64,000 bases of DNA, from positions 1 through 64,000 of the IMG/VR virus record IMGVR_UViG_3300008740_000001, one strand, 5' to 3'. Of this stretch, positions 26,250-36,399 are shown piece after piece; positions within the stretch are counted from its first letter, which is position 1; every line of letters begins with the position of its first letter. Both the position numbers and the translations under genes were made by a program. The DNA comes from a virus (Duplodnaviria > Caudoviricetes). Under the pieces are notes generated by a model that searched no databases, was not told the origin of the DNA, and saw nothing but the letters and a program-made list of their open reading frames with translations.

Positions 26250-26825
26250 ATGACTATCCGAGAAAAAACCCGAAGAGAGCGATATGACAATAAAAAATCT
26301 GGAGCAAAAATGTACCCAATTAGTTTGTGCTGCGTTAATTTCCAATGCGACGGTAATTTGGGGTATTTACTTCGAGCCGCTGCTTGTTTTGGCGCTACTT
26401 CTGTACATGTTATAGGTTCGGTACCTGATAGGAAAACATTAAACCCGTCTTCAGGAACATTATATGATTATGTGGAGATTATCCAACATGCTAACCCGAG
26501 GGACTTCTTGGATTTTGCAGAGCGCGAAGGCTACAATATTGTATCTGCGGAAATTACTGACGGTGCGATCCCCATCTCGACTTATAGTTTCGATTATTCT
26601 AGCCATAATATTATGGTGGTGGGTAACGAAGAATCAGGCGTACCACCTGAAATTTTAAAGAATAGCGATAAAGTATACATACCAATGCCCGGTGTGGGAT
26701 ATTGCCTCAATACTTCTCAAACTGCGAATATATTATTGTACGAAGCAGTAAAAAAATACGAAAGACAACAGGAGTTTACAGAACAACTTTGGCATGATGA
26801 CTGGGAATGTTATCACTTGCCATAA
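26250..26825 (+). CDS. SpoU/TrmH-family SPOUT RNA 2'-O-methyltransferase
   Basis: GNLGYLLRAA, VVGNEESG, CLNTSQTANILLYE. Confidence 0.9.
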   Translation: MTIREKTRRERYDNKKSGAKMYPISLCCVNFQCDGNLGYLLRAAACFGATSVHVIGSVPDRKTLNPSSGTLYDYVEIIQHANPRDFLDFAEREGYNIVSAEITDGAIPISTYSFDYSSHNIMVVGNEESGVPPEILKNSDKVYIPMPGVGYCLNTSQTANILLYEAVKKYERQQEFTEQLWHDDWECYHLP

Positions 26826-26826
26826 G

Positions 26827-26902
26827 TGGGGTGTAGCACAATTGGCCGTGCATCCGGTTGTTACCCGGAAGGATGGTGGTTCGAATCCACCCGCCCCAGC
26901 CA
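26827..26902 (+). tRNA. tRNA-Asn(GUU)
   Basis: U1-A72, G73, CCA; loop UU-GUU-AC. Confidence 0.93.
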
Positions 26903-26965
26903 TTAAATAATGAAACAACTGCCTATATACAACAGACGGGTTTATTTCCTGTCCCATAAAGTTGA

Positions 26966-28312
26966 ATGAAAAAGAAAAATTATATTATAGACACTAGTGT
27001 CTTTTTAACAAATGCCGAAGCAATTTTTGACTTTGGACGTAACGACATCGTTATACCACTTAAAGTTTTAGAAGAAGTGGATAAACACAAAAAACGTCAA
27101 GATGGCGTAGGTGCCCAAGCAAGGAAATTTATCAGAATTCTAGATGGCCTCCGCGAAAAGGGGTCGCTCCATTCTGGTGTACGCATCCAGAAAGGGCTGG
27201 GCTTGGCGTGCACAAGAAGTATTAAGGATACAGATCTCAGTTTATTGCCAAGAGACCTCAATTCTAAAATACCGGATCATATTATAATTGCTACCGCACT
27301 GATGGTCGCGAAAGAGGATCCAACAAGAAAGACAATAATGGTTTCCCGCGACATTAATCTTCGGGTTATCTGTGACGCCGTTGGTCTGGATGCACAAGAC
27401 TATATTGCTACCAAAGCGGTCGAAAGCTTGGAAAAGCTGTATACCGGCTTTGATACTTACTTGGTTGATGATCAAACAATTGATCAGTTTTATGCTGGTG
27501 ATAATGTGTTTGTTGACGATGAGGATCTTAATGGCGGCAAATTTTATCCAAACCAGTATTTGATGTTAGTTTCAAATGCAAATGAGAAAAAGACAGCTTT
27601 AGCCAAATACCAAAGTCCCCAAGGGCCATTAAAAAAGCTAGTTCATGATCATTTGCCCACATTTGGCATCCGATCCAGAAACAAAGAACAGGCCTTTGCA
27701 ATTGATCTGTTATTAAATCCAGAGGTAGAGGTTGTTACGCTGATTGGTAAAGCCGGCTCAGGGAAGACGCTTTGTGCCCTTGCTGCAGGCTTAGAACAGG
27801 TTATGGGGCACAAGAATTCAAAAGAAGACTCATTGTATACGAGAATGGTTGTCTCTCGTCCAATTATGCCTATGGGCCGCGACATCGGCTTCCTGCCGGG
27901 CTCAATGGAGGAGAAGATGCATCCATGGCTCATGCCTATCCAAGATAACCTACAACTTTTGATGGGTAACGACAAAGTAATGTTAGAACAATACATGGAA
28001 AAGGGAAAAATAGAGATTGAGGCATTAACTTATATTAGGGGACGTTCAATTTCAAAAGCCTTCATAATTATTGATGAGGCGCAGAACTTGACTGCGCACG
28101 AAATTAAAACCATCATTACGCGTGCTGGTGAGGGCACGAAGATCGTCTTGACTGGGGATATAGAACAGATCGACAACGCTTATACCGATGAGACCTCAAA
28201 CGGTCTAGCTTATGCTATCGAGAAATTTAAGCACTATGATTTATCGGGACATATCACCTTGCGAAAAGGAGAGCGCTCTAAAGTTGCCACACTTGCTGCT
28301 AAAATACTATAA
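26966..28312 (+). CDS. phoH: PhoH-family ATPase with N-terminal PIN domain (PhoH2/YlaK-like)
   Basis: YIIDTSV PIN start; GKAGSGKT Walker A; IIDEAQN; YIRGRS. Confidence 0.92.
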   Translation: MKKKNYIIDTSVFLTNAEAIFDFGRNDIVIPLKVLEEVDKHKKRQDGVGAQARKFIRILDGLREKGSLHSGVRIQKGLGLACTRSIKDTDLSLLPRDLNSKIPDHIIIATALMVAKEDPTRKTIMVSRDINLRVICDAVGLDAQDYIATKAVESLEKLYTGFDTYLVDDQTIDQFYAGDNVFVDDEDLNGGKFYPNQYLMLVSNANEKKTALAKYQSPQGPLKKLVHDHLPTFGIRSRNKEQAFAIDLLLNPEVEVVTLIGKAGSGKTLCALAAGLEQVMGHKNSKEDSLYTRMVVSRPIMPMGRDIGFLPGSMEEKMHPWLMPIQDNLQLLMGNDKVMLEQYMEKGKIEIEALTYIRGRSISKAFIIIDEAQNLTAHEIKTIITRAGEGTKIVLTGDIEQIDNAYTDETSNGLAYAIEKFKHYDLSGHITLRKGERSKVATLAAKIL

Positions 28313-28321
28313 GGGATAGCA

Positions 28322-28849
28322 GTGAAAATCAAAGTTGCATTTTATAAAGGCCATGGCGGATGGAAAAACAAATTAATTCGCTGGTGGACAAAGAATCCAT
28401 ATAGTCACGCAGAGCTAGTATTGCCAGATGAGATTACATGGGTGAGCATAAGTCCACTATTAACATCTAAAGTGCAAACGAGGACGAAAAAAGAGTATAA
28501 TAAAGAAAGTTGGGACTTTGTTGAATTACAAATAACTGAAGAACAGTTCGTAACAATAATGGAATTTTATGAGTTTACGAAAGGTTCCTCTTATGATTGG
28601 GTTGGCATGATATTTTCTCAATTCTTACCATACACTATAAAAAGACAAGGAAAGTGGTACTGCAGCGAATGGATTGCTTACGCACTAAGAATTTCAAATA
28701 TAATCGATTGGAAGATTATAAAAATATACGATAGGCACGATTTATCACCGGGAGTATTACACCAAATACTTCTTCAGCAGATGTGTTTATTGGCCACGCA
28801 GAAAGAAAAAGAAAAAAAGGATGAATTTTTAATTGACATTTCTGTATAA
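28322..28849 (+). CDS. permuted papain-like amidase (YiiX/NlpC-P60-like)
   Basis: YSHAEL, YDW, WYCSEW (His precedes Cys). Confidence 0.75.
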   Translation: MKIKVAFYKGHGGWKNKLIRWWTKNPYSHAELVLPDEITWVSISPLLTSKVQTRTKKEYNKESWDFVELQITEEQFVTIMEFYEFTKGSSYDWVGMIFSQFLPYTIKRQGKWYCSEWIAYALRISNIIDWKIIKIYDRHDLSPGVLHQILLQQMCLLATQKEKEKKDEFLIDISV

Positions 28850-28862
28850 TGTGTTATATTAT
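28833..28862 (+). promoter_or_regulatory. sigma70-type promoter
   Basis: TTGACA(28833-38), then TG-n-TATATT / TATTAT at 16-18 nt spacing; AGGAG SD before 28877. Confidence 0.75.
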
Positions 28863-28876
28863 TAATAGGAGAAGCT

Positions 28877-29179
28877 ATGAACGAAACACTTGATCAACAA
28901 ATTGAGGCTGCATTTGATAATAAGAATCAGCCCGATTGGCCCGAGGGCCCGCTTAAGCAACTAGTCGTTGACTATGTTGGAGAAAAATCTGAAACGGAAC
29001 AGGACGTGACCATGGAGATGATGGTTGAGGTGATGGCTAAAGAATTCCCTGAATTTTTATTGGCCGTTGCAGAGGAAAACTGGATTCGTGGATATCATCA
29101 AGCCATGCACGATGTTGACGAAGGACGTAAACTTTTAGAGGCTCATCAGACTGAGAACAATGAAACCGGAACAAACTGA
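28877..29179 (+). CDS. hypothetical protein
   Basis: 100 aa; FLLAVAEENWIRGYHQA motif. Confidence 0.75.
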   Translation: MNETLDQQIEAAFDNKNQPDWPEGPLKQLVVDYVGEKSETEQDVTMEMMVEVMAKEFPEFLLAVAEENWIRGYHQAMHDVDEGRKLLEAHQTENNETGTN

Positions 29180-29885
29180 AAGCCTCAATCAAAATCTGAA
29201 AAACTATGTCAGTAAATCTATGAAAGAGTCAAAGGATTCTAGAAGAGAGTACTCTCTATTTGGCCATGTATATGTTTATGTACAAGACTTCTTACCGGAT
29301 TCTGTTGACATTGTAGAGGTTTTGGAAGAGATTGAAAATAGGATCCCGGCTCATCTATCTAACGAGATTGATACGATTTTTATCGGAGATTATGATTATT
29401 TCGATCAATTGTCGGTAACTGCCATGTATGATTCGGGAGCTATTTACGTTTCGAACAAACAGACTGATTCGTCCGATATGATCGATGACATCGTGCATGA
29501 AATTGCACACTCTCTTGAGCAGCCATACGGATATCATCTTTATTCTGACGAAGTATTAGAAACGGAATTTATACAAAAGCGCTCAGCCGGCTTTCAGGCC
29601 CTGCATGCCCACGGGTATGCAACGAAGAAACAAAAGGAAATGTTTCAGTACATTGATTACTCTAGCACTTTTGATGCCTATTTATATAAAGAAGTGGGTT
29701 ATGATCGCTTGGTGCATTTGTTCATGGGCATCTTTACGACCCCATATGCGGCCACCTCTTTAAGAGAGTATTTTGCTACCGGCTTCGAAGACTACTTTTT
29801 AAATGATAGAGAATATTTGAAAAAGGTAAGTCCAAAATTGTTTAATAAAATTCATAGACTTACAAAAGGAGATTATGATGAATGA
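29160..29885 (+). CDS. zincin-like HExxH protein
   Basis: IVHEIAHSLE and downstream EYFA. Confidence 0.7.
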   Translation: MKPEQTESLNQNLKNYVSKSMKESKDSRREYSLFGHVYVYVQDFLPDSVDIVEVLEEIENRIPAHLSNEIDTIFIGDYDYFDQLSVTAMYDSGAIYVSNKQTDSSDMIDDIVHEIAHSLEQPYGYHLYSDEVLETEFIQKRSAGFQALHAHGYATKKQKEMFQYIDYSSTFDAYLYKEVGYDRLVHLFMGIFTTPYAATSLREYFATGFEDYFLNDREYLKKVSPKLFNKIHRLTKGDYDE

Positions 29886-30219
29886 AAATATAAATATCCT
29901 GATACACGAAAATAAAAGTAACGATGCCGTGGTTTTACAAGTCGACATTGCACCTGAAAATCACAGGAAGCGGATTCCGCCAATTGTTTTCAACAGTGAA
30001 GACGCTCGCCAACATCTTACCGAAATATACGGCAATAGGCTCGGCCGGCTTATAAATGGCTGTACTTTAGAAAACAGGCCCCACATTGCTAACCTCAGTG
30101 GTCGTTTTGTTTTTGAACTTATGAGCACCCGCCCCTTCCTCCGAAAAAGCGCGCCAGCGACACGTAAGACTCCTACAAAGCGGCGCTCGACTAAGAAAGC
30201 ATCTAAAACCACAGAATAG
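29875..30219 (+). CDS. hypothetical protein with basic tail
   Basis: 114-aa ORF coupled to neighbours. Confidence 0.6.
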   Translation: MMNENINILIHENKSNDAVVLQVDIAPENHRKRIPPIVFNSEDARQHLTEIYGNRLGRLINGCTLENRPHIANLSGRFVFELMSTRPFLRKSAPATRKTPTKRRSTKKASKTTE

Positions 30220-30227
30220 AGAAAAAT

Positions 30228-31001
30228 ATGCAAAAGCCTCACATTTCTTTTAGTGAGTTAAAAGACTGGGTTACCTGCCCATTCTATCATAAGCTGGTTC
30301 ATATGGAGAGACTTAAGGGTTTCCTTGGTAATGAATATACAGCATTCGGTACCGCAATTCATGATGTCTGTGAAAAGACCCTGCTGCAAGAGGACATGAA
30401 AGCAGAAGAATATTTCCTAGATAGATTTGAATCACAACTTGAAGACTTGATAGGAAAGAATGTGCCGCTTCGAGATTCACTTGTTGAAGATCTTCGTGGC
30501 CAAGCAACAAACATTATCCCCCTCATCGAGCCCGCTCTGAAGGATTATTTTCCAGATGGATATGAGGTTGTTAGTACCGAAGAACAGCTAATGGTGCCTA
30601 TTGACGGCCATGACAAGAAATTTAAGGGCTACATCGATGCGGTATTTAAGACACCAGATGGCGTTATCCACATTGTTGATTGGAAATCCTGCTCATGGGG
30701 CTGGGATGCGCGCAAACGCGCCGATCCAATGGTGGTATACCAACTAATTTTATATAAACATTTTTATGCTTTACAGCACAATCTTGACCCAAAAAACATC
30801 GAAACACACTTTGCTTTGCTGAAAAGAACAGCAAAAGACAACAATGTTGAGTTCTTTCGTGTTACAAGTGGTCCAAAAAGAATTGATAATGCGCTAAAAC
30901 TTTTACAAAAAGCACTATATAATGTTTCTAGAAAGAGATTTATGAAAAACAGACTTTCATGTAAATCTTGTACATTTTATAAGACAGAACATTGTCCTTA
31001 A
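30228..31001 (+). CDS. PD-(D/E)XK exonuclease, Cas4/RecB-like
   Basis: SFSEL..W..CP; GYIDAV; IVDWKS; C-terminal CKSC...C (possible Fe-S ligands). Confidence 0.85.
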   Translation: MQKPHISFSELKDWVTCPFYHKLVHMERLKGFLGNEYTAFGTAIHDVCEKTLLQEDMKAEEYFLDRFESQLEDLIGKNVPLRDSLVEDLRGQATNIIPLIEPALKDYFPDGYEVVSTEEQLMVPIDGHDKKFKGYIDAVFKTPDGVIHIVDWKSCSWGWDARKRADPMVVYQLILYKHFYALQHNLDPKNIETHFALLKRTAKDNNVEFFRVTSGPKRIDNALKLLQKALYNVSRKRFMKNRLSCKSCTFYKTEHCP

Positions 31002-31014
31002 TAACGGAGTTAAA

Positions 31015-32280
31015 TTGACAAAAAAGACAATTGTAACCTTATCCGACCATCCATTGAGTCCGTCCGGTGTAGGTACACAAACTAAGTATGTGTTAGAGGC
31101 ACTACTAAAGACGGGCAAATATAAGATCATATCTTTCGGTGGCGCAATCAAACACAACGATTACCGCCCCATCAAGGTAGAGGAGTGGGGTGATGACTGG
31201 ACGGTCTTCCCTGTTAATGGATATGGCGACCATCAGATGATCCGGTCGATCATGAGAACAGAACGTCCAGATTTATTGTGGTTCATGACCGATCCACGTT
31301 TCTTTGGATGGCTCTGGGAAATCGAAGATGAAATTCGCTCCCTGTGCCCCATGTTGTATTATCATGTTTGGGACAATTATCCTCTGCCGGATTTTAATAA
31401 GCGGTGGTACGACTCAACGGATGTCATTGCGTGTATTTCAAAAGTGACGCACGACATTGTTAAGAATGTCTCCCCAGAGGTAGAATCGCATTATCTGCCA
31501 CATGCTGTTGATCCAAACATTTTTAAGACATACTCGCCCGCAGATGTTAAAGAGTTTTCAACTGCAGTGCTGAATGATGGCGACGTTTGGGAAGATAAAG
31601 TAACCTTTTTCTGGAACAATCGAAACGCCCGACGCAAACAAACCGGCTCCGTCATGTTTTGGTTTAAGGAGTTTTTAGACAAGGTGGGTCACGATAAGGC
31701 GCGCCTAATTTTACATACAGATCCTAGAGATATGAACGGCCAAGATTTGGTCGCGATTATCCACAACTTGGGCTTGAACGCCGGCGAAGTCTTGTTATCG
31801 ACTGCTAAGCTCCCTCCTGAGTCTATGGCTCTTATGTACAATATGGCAGATTGTACGATCAATATTGCAGACGCAGAAGGGTTCGGTTTAGCAACGCTAG
31901 AATCACTCTCTTGTGGAACTCCTATCATCGTTAACATGACTGGTGGTTTACAGGAACAGGTCACGGATGGGGAAAACTGGTTCGGTATTGGCATTGAACC
32001 CACATCAAAATGCATTATCGGATCCCAGCAGGTACCATATATTTACGAAGATCGTGTATCTAAAGAGGATTTCCTCAAAGCCTTAGAAGACATCTACAAC
32101 ATGACAGCCGAAGAAAGATTCGAATTAGGACTTCAAGGCAGAAACCATGTCATGACAAATTACAACTTTAGTGAATTTCAAGATTCTTGGAGAGAACTGG
32201 TTGAAAAGACAATGGAATCTCACGGCTCTTGGGAAACTCGAAAAAATTATCAACGTTGGCACTTTATGGAGGTTGCATAA
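31015..32280 (+). CDS. GT4 glycosyltransferase
   Basis: AEGFGLATLESLSCGTPII (ExE7 motif), RNARRK. Confidence 0.9.
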   Translation: MTKKTIVTLSDHPLSPSGVGTQTKYVLEALLKTGKYKIISFGGAIKHNDYRPIKVEEWGDDWTVFPVNGYGDHQMIRSIMRTERPDLLWFMTDPRFFGWLWEIEDEIRSLCPMLYYHVWDNYPLPDFNKRWYDSTDVIACISKVTHDIVKNVSPEVESHYLPHAVDPNIFKTYSPADVKEFSTAVLNDGDVWEDKVTFFWNNRNARRKQTGSVMFWFKEFLDKVGHDKARLILHTDPRDMNGQDLVAIIHNLGLNAGEVLLSTAKLPPESMALMYNMADCTINIADAEGFGLATLESLSCGTPIIVNMTGGLQEQVTDGENWFGIGIEPTSKCIIGSQQVPYIYEDRVSKEDFLKALEDIYNMTAEERFELGLQGRNHVMTNYNFSEFQDSWRELVEKTMESHGSWETRKNYQRWHFMEVA

Positions 32281-33555
32281 ATGAAAAAGAAAGTTATTAT
32301 TAGAGGACCAATTCTCACGCGGACTGGCTATGGAGAGCAAGCTAGATTTGCGTTTCGAGCCCTGAAGTCCCGTCCGGATTTGTTTGATGTATATGTGATG
32401 CCTACAAATTGGGGCCACACTGGTTGGACCGTTGAAGATGATGAAAATCGCAGAGAGCTTGATCAGATTATTCGGGAGACTCCGATATATATCAATGAGT
32501 GTAACGAGGCCCAAGTCCAGCCATTTGACATCTCTATTCAGGTTACTATCCCGCAAGAGTGGGAGCCATTGGCTGCCAACAATATTGGCTTCACAGCCGG
32601 CACAGAAACGACACACATTTCTGCGAACTGGATAGAGAAATCAAATGAGGTCGACAGAATCATTGTAGTTTCAGAACACACGCGCTCTGGATTTGTGAAT
32701 ACTGAATATAACGCAAAGGCGCGCAATGGTGCCGATGTCGTATTGAGATGTGCTACTCCTGTAGATGTTGTGAATTTTCCTGTTAAGCATGTAGAACCCG
32801 AAGAACTGGACTTTGAGCCAAGTACGGAGTTCAACTTTTTAACAGTCGCACAATGGTCGCCCCGTAAAAACTTGGAACATACAGTTAAGTGGTTTATCGA
32901 GGAGTTTATCGATAACGAAAATGTCGGCTTAATTCTCAAGGCCAACATTGCAAAGAATTGCCTTCTTGATAGGGTTGCGATAAATCAGCGCCTGTCTGAA
33001 CTAACGGCTAAATATCCAGATCGGAAATGCAAGATCTATCTTTTGCACGGTAACCTCACTGATGAGGAGATGGCCGGCCTGTATCAGCATCCCAAGGTCA
33101 AAGCTTTGGTTAATATTGCTCACGGAGAAGGGTTTGGTCTGCCGATGTTTGAGGCTGCAGCTAACGCGTTGCCGATTGTTGCTCCAAACTGGGGAGGCCA
33201 GAAGGACTACTTAAGTGCGGAAGTTACCACTAAGCGAAAGGGCAAGAAGACCACAAAGACGCGATGTTTGGCCACAAAGGTTGATTATACTCTAGGGCCA
33301 ATCCAAGCGGAAGCGGTTTGGGAAAATGTCTTAATTCCAGAATCATCATGGTGTTATCCAACAAAGACTGCTTATAAGAAAGCACTCCAGACGGTATATA
33401 AGAACCACAATAGGATGGTTAGTGATGCCAAGAAGCTGCAGGCTAGTATTGTAGAGAATTTTTCCGAAGAAAATCAGATTGAGAAATTTGTCGACTCTGT
33501 GCTTAAAACCACTGGGGCGAGTTCTTCTGAATTTAGTAAGGTTGTTACATTATGA
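32281..33555 (+). CDS. GT4 glycosyltransferase
   Basis: GEGFGLPMFEAAANALP; QWSPRKN. Confidence 0.9.
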   Translation: MKKKVIIRGPILTRTGYGEQARFAFRALKSRPDLFDVYVMPTNWGHTGWTVEDDENRRELDQIIRETPIYINECNEAQVQPFDISIQVTIPQEWEPLAANNIGFTAGTETTHISANWIEKSNEVDRIIVVSEHTRSGFVNTEYNAKARNGADVVLRCATPVDVVNFPVKHVEPEELDFEPSTEFNFLTVAQWSPRKNLEHTVKWFIEEFIDNENVGLILKANIAKNCLLDRVAINQRLSELTAKYPDRKCKIYLLHGNLTDEEMAGLYQHPKVKALVNIAHGEGFGLPMFEAAANALPIVAPNWGGQKDYLSAEVTTKRKGKKTTKTRCLATKVDYTLGPIQAEAVWENVLIPESSWCYPTKTAYKKALQTVYKNHNRMVSDAKKLQASIVENFSEENQIEKFVDSVLKTTGASSSEFSKVVTL

Positions 33556-34817
33556 CAACAAAGGTGCTATATCAAGGTCAGGTTTATGACCCAAGCGGAT
33601 ACGCCGTCGCCGGCCGAGGCTATATTCGTTCAATGTATGATTACATTAAGGCCAATAACTTAGATATGGAACTTAGAGTTGTGGCTGTTAGTGCTGACCA
33701 GCATAAGAGCTTGACAGAAGAAGAGACCAAGTTCCTCGATTCTCTAGGTTTTGATTCAGCAGAGGCTATGGACGAGTGGATTGAAGATGAAGATTATCAT
33801 TATATTTTTCATCACCCACCGGTATATGCTTGGAAACTGCCAATTACCAAGAAGCTTGCGGCACGCTCATTAACTACAACGTGTTTTACTGTGTGGGAAA
33901 CAGACGAGATCCCACCTGTTTGGAATGACATTTTTGAATCTTTTGATGTTGATAAGGTTGTGGTGCCCTGTAAGTGGAATCGTGACAGTTTTGTACAAAG
34001 CTTGCAGAAATTTGATCGCCCCCGCCCCGTCGAAATGGTGCCACACCTTATCAACGATAACTTTATCGAGTCGGACAACGCAGTTACTGAAATTGAAGGG
34101 TTCCCGATGAATAAGGATGCCTTTAAGGTATTGACAGTGGGCCAATGGACAGATCGTAAAGCACTCAAAGCAGTCGTAAAGGCCTTCTTGATGGAGTTTA
34201 AGGATAATACAGACTGTGAACTCATTGTAAAAACATATGGCAATATTCAAGATCCACGACCGGAGATGCAGACTGCGCAACAGCAATCGATTGCTCAGGA
34301 GATGGTTATACTGAAACAGTCTATCCTCGGGAACAGTTTGACCGATTTACCTAAGTGTTCTTTACACCTATTGTATGGTCTTTTTCCCAAAGATCAGATG
34401 AACTATTTGTTTAAAGAAGCAGACTTGTTTGCTTTACTTAGCAAGGCAGAAGGCTTCGGCTTGCCTATCGCAGAAGCAATTGCTAGCGAAACACCTGTTT
34501 TGGTCCATGACAAGGGTGGCCATGTTGGCTTTACCGATCCTGAGAATAATTTTTTAGTTGACTGTCACCTTACTCCCGCTAATTGTACTGTATTTCCTTT
34601 TGTTTACTCCTGCGATAGCAACTGGTTTGATACTGATTATCTTTCAGCCAGAAAACAATTTCGAGCGGCATACAATGCATGGAAGGAAGACAAGGCAGCA
34701 TATACCGCTCGCGCCACCGCCTCGAAGGCGTATATGTTAAACGTCACCGGCGATAGCTTAGTATTAGGCAAAAAGCTGGTTGATTTTGTTGTAGGCGAGA
34801 ATGCACAAGAGGACTAG
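33552..34817 (+). CDS. GT4 glycosyltransferase
   Basis: AEGFGLPIAEAIASETP; GQWTDRK. Confidence 0.9.
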   Translation: MTTKVLYQGQVYDPSGYAVAGRGYIRSMYDYIKANNLDMELRVVAVSADQHKSLTEEETKFLDSLGFDSAEAMDEWIEDEDYHYIFHHPPVYAWKLPITKKLAARSLTTTCFTVWETDEIPPVWNDIFESFDVDKVVVPCKWNRDSFVQSLQKFDRPRPVEMVPHLINDNFIESDNAVTEIEGFPMNKDAFKVLTVGQWTDRKALKAVVKAFLMEFKDNTDCELIVKTYGNIQDPRPEMQTAQQQSIAQEMVILKQSILGNSLTDLPKCSLHLLYGLFPKDQMNYLFKEADLFALLSKAEGFGLPIAEAIASETPVLVHDKGGHVGFTDPENNFLVDCHLTPANCTVFPFVYSCDSNWFDTDYLSARKQFRAAYNAWKEDKAAYTARATASKAYMLNVTGDSLVLGKKLVDFVVGENAQED

Positions 34818-35571
34818 AGAAACCAAAAGAGCTTTAAACCGGCTTAACACTTACCACGAAAAAGTCGCTCATTTGAAAGATTTATATGCAAATGAGCGAT
34901 TATTTTTGTTGGCACCGGGCCCTTCTCTGGGAGAGGTGGACGAGCAAGAACTAAGGGCGAAATTAAAAAATAGCCTTACTTTTTCTGTAAAACAAGCTTA
35001 TCTTAAGTATAAAAACGAAACAGACTTTCACTTCATCAACGATTGCAATTTGCCGATGATTAACGGGTACCCCGGATATGTATATGGAATAAAATCTGGG
35101 CCCATAACAATCGCTTCCAGCGGATACCCAGAGGAGCATGCTAGGCAGAGATACGCGCACCATCAGCATTGGGACATTTTTTGTCGAGTCCTAGATCCGC
35201 TGGTATATCAGGATCAGAACCTTCAGCGTTTGTGTGAGAGTAATGATTTTGATTCTGGCTTGTTCGATAATATGCTTGATCGCCCATGTGGCCCAAGCAT
35301 AACCCTAGAGACAGTTCTTTATATGGCAGTGCATGTTGGAGCCAAAGACATATACGCTATTGGTTGGGATAGTGGTGATAAGGCCGGAGAACATTTCTAC
35401 GATGACGAAACACACCTGACCAGCAATCGAGAATTTGAATATGCAATGGTGCAAAAAGCTTCCAGTCCATTGTATAATTGGCTAAAGGAGCAAGGAGTAA
35501 ACTTGCACTTAATTAGCAAAATCAGCGCTCTAAGCGATGAAATCCCCAGACTAAATTTAAAGGATATATAA
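34801..35571 (+). CDS. DUF115/MptE-like (Maf/sialyltransferase-fold) protein
   Basis: LLAPGPSL ... IYAIGWD ... HFY motif set. Confidence 0.7.
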   Translation: MHKRTRETKRALNRLNTYHEKVAHLKDLYANERLFLLAPGPSLGEVDEQELRAKLKNSLTFSVKQAYLKYKNETDFHFINDCNLPMINGYPGYVYGIKSGPITIASSGYPEEHARQRYAHHQHWDIFCRVLDPLVYQDQNLQRLCESNDFDSGLFDNMLDRPCGPSITLETVLYMAVHVGAKDIYAIGWDSGDKAGEHFYDDETHLTSNREFEYAMVQKASSPLYNWLKEQGVNLHLISKISALSDEIPRLNLKDI

Positions 35572-36398
35572 TGTCAACTTATATTATTGCCGAAATTGGC
35601 ATCAATCACAATGGCGATCTAAATATCGCTAAACGATTAATAGATATCGCTGCAGTGGCTGGTTGCGATGCGGTAAAGTTTCAAAAAAGAAATCCCGATG
35701 TGTGCGTACCCGAACACCAAAAGGGCGTCATGAGAGAGACGCCATGGGGAACGATGACATACTTGGATTACAAATACCGCATGGAATTTGGAAAAGCCGA
35801 GTATGATGAAATTGATCAATATTGTCGAGACAAAGGCATTGCATGGTCAGCCAGTCCGTGGGACATGGATAGTTTAGAATTCTTAAAACAGTATGATCTA
35901 CCGTTTATTAAAATACCATCTGCCATGATTACAAATGAGGAGTTGATGCGAGGCTGCGCCAATTCTGGCATGAAGGTGATCTTTTCTTCTGGTATGAGCA
36001 CTATTGAGGAAACCGATCAGGCTGTCAATTGGATGCGGGACGAAAACACTGAATTTGCACTTTTGCACTGTAATTCTACATATCCCGCGCCACTTGAAGA
36101 TTTGAATCTTAGATGCATACAGACTTTGAAGGAGCGCTATAATTGCGAGGTTGGCTATAGCGGTCATGAATTTAGACTAGGCACCTCGGTGGCTAGCATT
36201 TATTTGGGTGCTACGATTATCGAGCGTCATATCACGCTAGACAGGACGATGTGGGGTTCAGACCATTTAGCATCCGTAGAGCCCCAAGGGTTGATTAAGC
36301 TGGTAAAGGGCATTCGAGAATTGGAGATTGCCCTAGGCGACGGAGTTAAGAGAGTTACGGAAGGGGAACTTCCGGTAAGAAAGAAGTTGAGAGGCTAA
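35571..36398 (+). CDS. neuB: N-acetylneuraminate/nonulosonate synthase, short form without SAF domain
   Basis: IAEIGINHNGD, DAVKFQK, GYSGHE, IERHITLDR. Confidence 0.93.
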   Translation: MSTYIIAEIGINHNGDLNIAKRLIDIAAVAGCDAVKFQKRNPDVCVPEHQKGVMRETPWGTMTYLDYKYRMEFGKAEYDEIDQYCRDKGIAWSASPWDMDSLEFLKQYDLPFIKIPSAMITNEELMRGCANSGMKVIFSSGMSTIEETDQAVNWMRDENTEFALLHCNSTYPAPLEDLNLRCIQTLKERYNCEVGYSGHEFRLGTSVASIYLGATIIERHITLDRTMWGSDHLASVEPQGLIKLVKGIRELEIALGDGVKRVTEGELPVRKKLRG

Positions 36399-36399
36399 A

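Noticed and set aside
30228-31001. Cas4 of a CRISPR-Cas system
   Set aside because: No cas1/cas2 or array; stand-alone Cas4-like PD-(D/E)XK nucleases are common in phages.
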